In this document: positions 55,641-64,000 of the stretch, one piece after another
How the letters are laid out: every line of letters starts with the position of its first letter
Position numbering within the stretch: position 1 is the first letter of the stretch
Origin: Mobula hypostoma
Taxonomy: Eukaryota
Length of the DNA stretch: 64,000 nt
Reading direction: 5' to 3'
Assembly: GCF_963921235.1 (NCBI RefSeq)
Contig: NC_086108.1
Coordinates: 70,930,001 to 70,994,000, forward strand
Translations under genes and position numbers: made by a program
Notes under the pieces: generated by a model
What the model was told of the DNA's origin: nothing
Database searches by the model: none
The model's input: the letters and a program-made list of their open reading frames with translations, nothing else

Positions 55641-55939
55641 TCCACCAGGAATAGATGTGAAAGCAGAGTAGAGAATTTTTTCATGCCAAGTGGAGAGTGC
55701 CTGGAATAGGCTGCTCGTAGTGTGTAAGCAGATATGATAGTGACATTCAAGGAGTATTAGATAGATACATGAATATGTTGGGAATTAATGGATATTGATC
55801 ATGTGCGGGCAGAAGAGATTCAGTTCAATGCAGCATCATGTTTGGCATAGATATTGAGTACCAAAGGGAATGCGGTGTGCTATGTTTTAGATATGGGTAA
55901 GAAAGGAAATGAAAACAAAGCAAGAGCTCAATCAAACCA

Positions 55940-56570
55940 AATCATGATTTCACCCTTTGCTTCATAACATAACAAACGAGCGGGCTGAGCTTTGCCATCT
56001 CCCCTCTGCGTGTGGAAATTATTGTGGACTTCAGGGCAGTTGGGCTTAAGAGTTTATCCAGTGCTTGGGTAGGGGCTGTTGGCGTGAGGTTTGACTTTGC
56101 TGGCAAAACGGTTTTGGTATGAAAAGATAGCACTTTAAATATTTTGTCAGAAGTATTAGATTGCCATTTACTTTTTGGATTCCCTTCTTACTGATCACAG
56201 CTTGCCAGAAGATAGTGTCTTTTCTGACTCTGGCATTCAAGTTGTCTGTCGCTCTGGGGACATGAAAAGGTATTTTTGAAGGTTGTAGCATAAATTCCCC
56301 TGGGTATCTTTTAAATCTTCCATTGTTGGGGTATAAGCATTGATGATCATGTTATGGTATTTCCATGTTGTAGTAAACTGGAGGATCACAAGAGGATTAT
56401 TTATCCCACAAGGATATCACTGAGACACTAGATTAGTACGTTATTCAGGGTAAAGCACAATCCATGAAGTTTTGCTGCCTGTGTGCCATTCAGAAGAATA
56501 TCAAAATGTCTGAGCTCATGGGCTATGACAATGTAATGACGTTCCTGTCTGGCACTGTTGGGCCTTTTCA
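55940..56570 (-). mobile_element. Decayed RTE (BovB-like) endonuclease fragment; a possibly related decayed piece at ~52810-53260
   Basis: DNLNARVRKD..W..VI..NGN..LL pattern. Confidence 0.45.
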
Positions 56571-56571
56571 A

Positions 56572-58490
56572 GAGAGAGGATGTCTCCAAGTTCACTGATG
56601 GAGTCACGTGCTTCATCCGGAAGTGTATTGAAGATGTTATCCCCCAGAAGTCGGTCAGGGTGTTCCCAAAGCAGAAACCCTGGATCAATAGCTCCGTGTG
56701 AGCAGCATTACCATGGGAAACAGAGCTTACGCTGCCGGCAATCAGCAGGAGCTCAAGGAAAACAGCTACGATTTGTGCAAAACTATCAAGGCTGCGAAAC
56801 AATACAGGGAGAAGATTGAGTCAAGATTCACAACGAGTAGCACGCGTGACTTGTGGCGAGGGTTGCATACTATTACAGGCTTCAAAGCCAAACGTTGTGG
56901 TGCCGCCAACATTGTAGCCTCTCTCCCAGATGACCTCAATCGCTTTTACGCTCGGTTCGATGTCGCTAACTCTGAGCCTCCGAGGAAAGCCACCGCTACA
57001 ACCTGCAACCTGTTCATCTCTGAGGCTGAGGTACACAGATGTTTCCAATGAGTGGACAGTCGCAGGACTGCGGGACCGGACGGCATCCCAGGGCAAGTAC
57101 TCAGGATGTACGCAGTACAACTGCAGGTGTGTTTACAGACATCTTTAATCTCTCCCTCTCCCTGTGTAGAGTACCCTCCTCTTCAAATTATCCACCATTG
57201 TCCCCATACCAAAAAAGACCAAGGTAACATGCCTGAACGACTGGTGTCCTGTCGCACTCACCTCAATAATAAGCAAATGCTTTGAGCATGCTACTACCCA
57301 AACTGGCCCCCTGTAATTCACCCACCGACACAACCGATTGACAGACAACGCAGTAGCCACTGCTCTACATAATCATCCTTACGCATCTGGAGAAGAAGGA
57401 TGCTTATGTGAGAATGCTGTTCTTGGACTACAGTTCAGCATTCAACACCATAATTCCATCTAGGCTCGAAAGGAAGCTCAGAGACCTCGGCCTTCACCCT
57501 GCCTTGTGCAGCTGGATCCTGGACTTCCTGTCAGATTGCCAGCAGGTGGTAAGAGTGGGCTCCCTCAACACAGTAGCCCCTCAGGGCTGTGTACTAAGTC
57601 CTCTCCTTTACTCCCTGTATACCCATGACTGTGTCGCCACCCACAGCTCTAATCTGCTAAATAAATTTGCGGACGACACTACATTGATTGGCCTAATCTC
57701 AAACAATAACAAGGTGGCCTACAGGGAAGAAGTCATCTCTCTGACACAGTGGTGTCAAGAAAACAACCTCTCCCTCAATGTCGCAAAAACAAAGAAGCTG
57801 GTTGTGAATTATGGGAGGAATGAAGGTGGGCTAACCCCTACTGACATCAATGGATCCGGGGTTGAGAGGGTAAACAGCTTTAAGTTCCTTGGCATCCACA
57901 TCATTGAGGACCTCATGTAGTCTATGCACACCAGCTGTGTGGTGAAAAAGGCACAACAGTGCCTCTTTCACCTCAGACAGTTGAGGAAGTTTGGTATGGG
58001 CACTCAAATCCTAAGAACTTTCTACAGCGGCACAATTGAGAGCATCCTGACAGGCTGTATCACTGCCGGGTATGGGAACTGTACCTCCCTTAATTGCAGG
58101 ATTTTGCAGAGAGTGGTGCGGACAGCCCAGCGCATTTGTAGTTATGAACTTCCCATGATTCAGGACATTTACAAAGGCAGGTGTGTAGGATCATTGCGGA
58201 ACCGAGTCACCCCAACCACAATTTATTCCAGCTGCTACCATCTGGGAAACGGTACTGCAGCATAAAAGTCAGGACCAACAGGCTCCAAGACAGCTTCGTC
58301 CACCAGGCCATCAGGCTGATTAACTCACACCGATTTGAGTGTATTTCTATGTTACATTGACTGTTCTATTTATTATAAATTATTATAATTACTATGATTG
58401 CACATTTAGGCAGAGATGTAACGTAAAGATTTTTACTCCTCATGCATGTGAAGGATGTAAGGAATAAAGTCAATTCAATTCAATTCAATT
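56572..58490 (+). mobile_element. Rex1/Babar LINE, 5'-truncated
   Basis: [49 protein letters not shown] plus (CAATT)n tail. Confidence 0.9.
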
Positions 58491-58698
58491 CTTCGAGGTT
58501 CTGAACTTCATGCTGAACAATAAATGTTTCCATACATGGTTTCTTTCAATTGTATACAGATATGGATTTAAATCAGAATGACTGAATTCGTGAAGCATTG
58601 AATGACTTGCTACAGGTAATATCCAAAAGGAAAACATGTAAAGGGCACATGCTATACAAAATATTTAACTGTCATCTGCTTAGTGTATAATAAATTAT

Positions 58699-61600
58699 CA
58701 TCATCATCAGGTGCAATGCTCAGTTTGAGCTTTGACTGCCATGGCCCACACACTCTTGTTTCGGGTCAAGTGGATCAATTCATTGGTATTCATTTCCAGT
58801 TCTTTGGCTGCTGTCTCCATCATCATTTGTCCTTGTCTTCCTCTTGCTTTCTTCCCTTCAATCTTTCCCATAATTACTGTGCAGTCCAACTCCCCTTTTC
58901 TAATCACGTACAATGAAGTTACGTTGCCTTTTCATGATCTCATACATTATTTCTCTTTCTGTGTTTGCTCTGTTCATGATATCCTTGTTAGATATTCGTT
59001 TCGTCCATGATATTCTTTGCATTCTCCTCAAAAACCATATCTCTGCTGCTTCAATTCGTTTCCTCATATTATTAGATATTGTCCAACATTCTGAGCCATA
59101 TAACATAACTGGATAAACACAACATTTCAGTACTCTGAGGTGGGTTGTCATGCCTGGTTTGGTATTGGTCAGTATACTCTTCATTCTCGTAAAGGTGTCT
59201 TTTGCCATCCCTATTCTTCTTTTAATGTCCATGTCGCAGCCGCCATCTGATGTCATCCAGCTTCCTAAGTAGCAAAAGTTCTGTACTTGTTTTATGTCTT
59301 CCCCGTTTATTCTCAGCCTGCAGATAGGATTCTCCTTCTTTTTGGATATCACCATACATTCTGTTAGACCCAATTTTGCACTTTCTTCAACAACTATATC
59401 AATTAAGTTTTGTAGTTCTTCCTCCATACTTGCAATTAACATAGTGTCATCTGCATATCTGAAATTATTGATGTTTTCACTGCCAACTTTGATTCCCAAG
59501 ATGTCTCTTATTTTCTGTAATATTGTTTCACTGTACGCATTAAATAAATCAGAGGAGAAAACACACCCTTGTCTAACGCCTCTCTTGATTTTCGTAAACT
59601 GACTCACTTCTCCATCTATTCTTACAGTGTGAGTTTGTTCCTAGTACAGATTTCTGATTAGGTGGAGGTCTTCTGAATCTAGATCTAGGGTTTCCTGTAA
59701 TATTTAAAATAACTTATTGTGCTTCACTTTGTGAGGGGATCCTGAATTACCCCGATGAACTGTTGTTTTGAAAAGAGAGAGAGAGAGTTATTTACCACCA
59801 ATATCTTGTTTTGAAAAGAGAGAGAGAGAGAGAGACGAAGACTAACTGTGGAACTGTCACTTTAAGGAACGAGAAAGAACTGGTTAACTGTTGGATTTCT
59901 GCTGGAGTTGGAGACAGCACCGAGCAGCTCATAAGTTGCTATGGTGACTGAAGGCGGTGTTATTTAATGGACACTCGATGTTATGATTTTCAGCAGGTTG
60001 TTGACACTTTCTTCAAGGATTTTTGCCTGCTTACATTTCTTCACAGAGAGAGGAAGGAGGGATTATTTGAATGACAGTTGATGCTCAGCACGAGAAGATA
60101 AAATAGGAGGTCAGATGATACAGACCTCAGACACATGCTTGGACACTGAATGAGCATTGTTGTGCCTACAGAATATGTGGGTTTTGGAGGATCGATCAGG
60201 CGGATCGCTCCATCGCTCTTGCAGTGGAAGGAAGGAAAAAGGGTGGACCGGTGGGGAGTTATCCGTGTGTCCACCCTCGCCTGGGGGATAGCTCCACCAC
60301 AGAAGACCAGTCCCCTTTGTTAAAGTCACAGTTGTTGACTTTTAAAGGATTTCGAAGGACAACAAGAAGATCGACGGCGTCAGCTCACCTGAAGACTCAA
60401 ATCTCTCCCTCTCTCTCTCCATCACTACTCAACTCAATACCACGAACTTAACTTAACTGAACTTTACTCATCATCGTAAGAATGTATCTTTTTACCCCTA
60501 GAATTAAAGAAGCTGGGTTTTTCATACATATATTTCCACACTTACTGATATACTTATTTATATATATAAAATCATGGCTAACCTGTTTGATTTATCTACA
60601 TTTATATTGCCGTATTGTGTAGTTACTAATAAATATTATTAGTTTATAGCAATACTGGACTCCAAAGTGTTTTCCATCTCTGCTGGTTCTTTATTCCCAT
60701 CAACAGAGTTCGTGACAACTTTATCAAACGCTTTTGTGTAGTCAATAAAACAAACAAACAAATCTTTTTGCACTTGAATAGCTCATTCTGATAGTATCCT
60801 TAACATCAATATTGTATTTCTTGTACCTTTGTCTTTCACAAAACCACATTGTTCTTTACCTATTTCAGCTTGTATCTTACTTTTAGCTCTTGTCATCAAA
60901 ACTCTTAGAAGTATCTTGGTGATATGACTCATTAAACTTATGGTCCTATGTAATTCACATTCTATTGCTCCAGCTTTCTTAGGAAGAGTGATAAATACTG
61001 ATTTTTTCATCTCTTCTGGTATTATTCCAGTCTCATAAATGTCATTGATTAAATCAGTAAGTTTTTCAATTCCATAATCTCCAAGGGCGATAATTTGTTC
61101 TATTATTAATTCATCGGGACCTGCTGCCTTTCCTTTCTTCACCTTATTTATTGCATTACGAACTTCAGATTTTAAAATACTTGGACCTTCAGTGTTTTTC
61201 TTAATTTCTGGTTTTTTGCCTCAATCGTCTTCAAACAATTCCTGAATATACTCAGTCCATCTGTTCATAATCTCATCTTTTTCTATGATAATGGTAGCGT
61301 CCTTTGCTTTCAAACATCCACCTGAAGGACAGAGGAGCTTTTTTACCAGTGATATTCTTGATTTGTTGATGTAACCTTTTTGAATCAGTAAAAGGGATTC
61401 TTTCTATTTGCTCACATTCCTGGTTTAACCATTCTTCTTTAGCTTTTTGACATAAGCTTTTAACTTTTTTATCTAAGGACTATACGATTTGCTTTTTTCT
61501 GTCTCCCTTCTTCCATTAGATTTTTGATTTCATCTGTCATCCATTTATTCCTTGTGCTTTTTTCTTTTTTAGTAATCACTGACTTTGCTGATTCTCCCAA

Positions 61601-62847
61601 GGCATCCTTTAGAGAGTTAAACTTCATTTCTACATGATTGCTATCATCTTCAATAGATTCTATTTCTTGACTTTGAAATCTATTCCTTACTTCAATTGCT
61701 ATTGTCCTGGGTATGACTCTAAACTGCAACCGGTGATGAGGCTCTGATTGGGGACTTTCAGAGCTTTAGGGAAAGTGGAGTTACCCCTTAGTCATTCATT
61801 GCTGCCAGGGTCGCTCTGACCTGGAACGGTAGCACCTGCAAGGGTTCCTGCTCAGGATACGAGCAAAGGCCAACGGCAGATCCTGCAGGTTCAGTAACTG
61901 AACTTATGATGGAGAAGGTGGATGAGCTAGGACCTCAAATGTCAATGGCTACAGTATAGGCGGATGAACATTTGGGAAGAGAAATGACGATTTCTTTAGT
62001 TTGCCCAGTGGAAGGCAATAGCAAACCACCATTGCTAGGTACTAGGTTTCCTAGAATCTATTTGCTAAGAAAACCATGGACAAACTCACAAAATGTATCA
62101 CACAACAACAGCGTCAAGAGGATCTTCAAGACAGTTCTGAAGATGCATCGTTTGGTAGGGCTGATTCTGGTCAGCAGGGGATCCCCGACTGTCATCAAGC
62201 TATTGCTCATAAAATTCAAGTAACACAAAAGAAAATTACTGCCACTTGGAATGTAAGAACTCTATATCAAGCAGGAAGATTGGACAATGTGATAAATGAA
62301 ATGGAAAGACTAAGGATTAACATCATGGGAATTTGCGAAGTTTGTTGGATAGGTGCCGGAACATTTCAGAATAGAAATAAAACACTAATTTATTCTTGTG
62401 GAACATCCCATACTAATGGAGTAGGAATTCTTATGGATGAAAACATGGCAAAAAGTGATTTAGGACTTTGGGCAATATCAGAACGAGTGCTCCTTGTCAG
62501 ATTCAGAGGACAACCATTTGATTTAGCAATTATACAGGTATCTGCACCAACAACAGATGGAACAAATGAGGATATAGATAAATTCTATGAAGAGCTTGAA
62601 CAAGCAAAGAATCTCAAGATATTGTTATCGTCATGGAGATCTAAATGCTAAAATAGGACAATGCTGATGGAAATACCATAGAAAATTTGGACTAGGGAAA
62701 GAAATGAAAGAGGTGAGAAATGGGTAGAACGGTGCAAGATGAATAATCAGGTCATTATGAATACCTATTTTAAAAACCATCCAAGATGCTTGTGGACCTG
62801 GAAGAGTCCAGGTAATAACACTAGAAATCAAATTGACTTTATTACTA
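58699..62847 (-). mobile_element. Near full-length RTE LINE with a 5' inversion: body 58699-~61702 (-), inverted 5'UTR + endonuclease ~61703-62847 (+)
   Basis: 12-bp TSD ATAATAAATTAT at 58687-58698 and 62848-62859; (TGA)n tail; RGVRQGC, RYADD, GKAAGPD on -; TWNVRTL..NQIDF on +. Confidence 0.9.
59730..60717 (+). mobile_element. Solo LTR, 988 bp, inserted in the RTE reverse transcriptase
   Basis: TGTGAG...GTGACA termini; 4-bp TSD ACTT at 59726-59729 and 60718-60721; AATAAA at ~60628; RTE sequence continues on both sides. Confidence 0.9.
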
Positions 62848-62889
62848 ATAATAAATTATTCACCCAGAAAACTAGAGAGCAAACATCAT

Positions 62890-63535
62890 CCAAAATATTG
62901 GACCAGTAGACCACATCTTCTAGTTTGTGTGCAGTTTTGGATGCCATACTATGGGAAGGATGTGAATGCACCAGTGAGAGTGCAGAGGAGATTCACCAAA
63001 TTGTCATCTGGATTAGTCCTAATGTGGGTAACTGGTTTTAAATGTCAACTGTTTATTCATTTTCACAGATGCTGCCTGACCTGTTGATTTCCTCCAGCAT
63101 TTTATGTGTGTTGCTCTGGATTAAAGGAGTTTTGTTATGGGAAGAGATTGGATTGGGAGGGGGTGTTATTTTCTCTGGAACAAAGGAGATCAAGGAGAAA
63201 TCGAATGGAAGTATATACCATGGAGAGGCATGCTTTATCTCCATAGTAGGAGTATCAAAATATATTTATTAATTTAAAATGAGAGGTGGAGGTTTAAAGG
63301 GATTCTGAGGAGTTTTTTTTTACACAGATGTTGACATTTGGAACATACTGCCGGAGGAGGTGGTAGCATCTGTGCAATTACTACATTTAATAGGCATTTA
63401 GACATATTCTTAACCTGGCCAGGATGGGAAAGGTATATTCCTAATGCGGCAAGTGGGGTTAGTGTAGATGGGTAAAAAGGATGGCCTGGGTTTGGTGGGC
63501 TGAAGGCACATTTCTGTGCTGTATGGCTCTATGAG
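62890..63535 (+). mobile_element. Old CR1 3' fragment with a Penelope tail inserted (~63040-63120)
   Basis: RPHL..CVQFW.PYYGKDV..RVQRRFT motif. Confidence 0.7.
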
Positions 63536-63579
63536 CATAGAGGGAGGCCATGCAGAACAAAGGGAGGAGACAAAGCTGG

Positions 63580-64000
63580 TTGTGAGTTCTATCTAATGAT
63601 GACAGTGAAACCTGTGTGGGAGAGTTTTTAAAGTGGAAAAGCTGTTGCAGTGGGACAGCGCACTCTTGACCTCAGAAGTCTGGGTCCAGCAGATGTCACA
63701 ACTGGGGTCTTCCTTGGATGTAGTGGCTTCTTCTGTGCTTTGCCAAGCTCTTCACTCTCCACAAAGTGCTGCAGAACTATCTTCCTGGCCATTAGCTTTC
63801 ACCGTTTATCTCATCCGCCTATCAACCGGAACTAACCACATGTTGGGACTGGCATGTCCCTATCTTACTGGAGTTTAGCGTGCCTTTTGAAGCGGTGTAC
63901 TGGGATAGGGCCACTGTCATACGCAAAAAGCTACTTGGAGCCACAGTGGAGAGCTGAGTGGGGCCCAAAGGTGAGTGAACTGCCCCAGGACAGACACAAC
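63580..64000 (-). mobile_element. Probable RTE/BovB-type 5' UTR fragment running off the window
   Basis: Minus-strand GCAGTTCACTCACCTTTGG...GCTCTCCACTGTGGCTCCAAG resembles RTE 5' ends as recalled; no ORF. Confidence 0.4.

Noticed and set aside
47657..56000. U5 snRNA or snoRNA genes, expected from my recollection of the human ARMH1 neighbourhood
   Set aside because: No U5 5' end or loop I (GCCTTTTAC) context, and no convincing C/D box pair, seen by eye; an Infernal scan would be needed.

Overview
Eukaryotic (vertebrate) genomic DNA. The repeat landscape (abundant CR1, Penelope, Rex1/Babar, L1/Tx1, RTE, Tc1) suggests a cartilaginous fish, possibly a ray; this is inference. Two genes sit head-to-head around a short CCAAT-containing spacer. 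TMEM53 (- strand) has coding exons 1-2 here and the rest runs off the left edge. A complete ARMH1 (C1orf228, + strand) has 11 phase-consistent coding exons, 17225-51715, 408 aa; its first coding intron is a U12-type (minor spliceosome) GT-AG intron. The rest is mostly transposable elements, several with exact target-site duplications (TSDs). These include a full-length L1, a 5'-truncated L1, a hAT element nested in a Penelope palindrome and itself interrupted by another Penelope piece, a Tc1 inside a Penelope, two related solo LTRs, a class I endogenous retrovirus pol remnant, a Nimb/I-clade LINE with RNase H, a tRNA-derived SINE, and an RTE LINE with a twin-priming-type 5' inversion. Penelope termini repeatedly carry a minimal type I hammerhead-ribozyme motif. 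Family assignments come from remembered motifs and hand translation, not database searches. Boundaries of old repeats are approximate.
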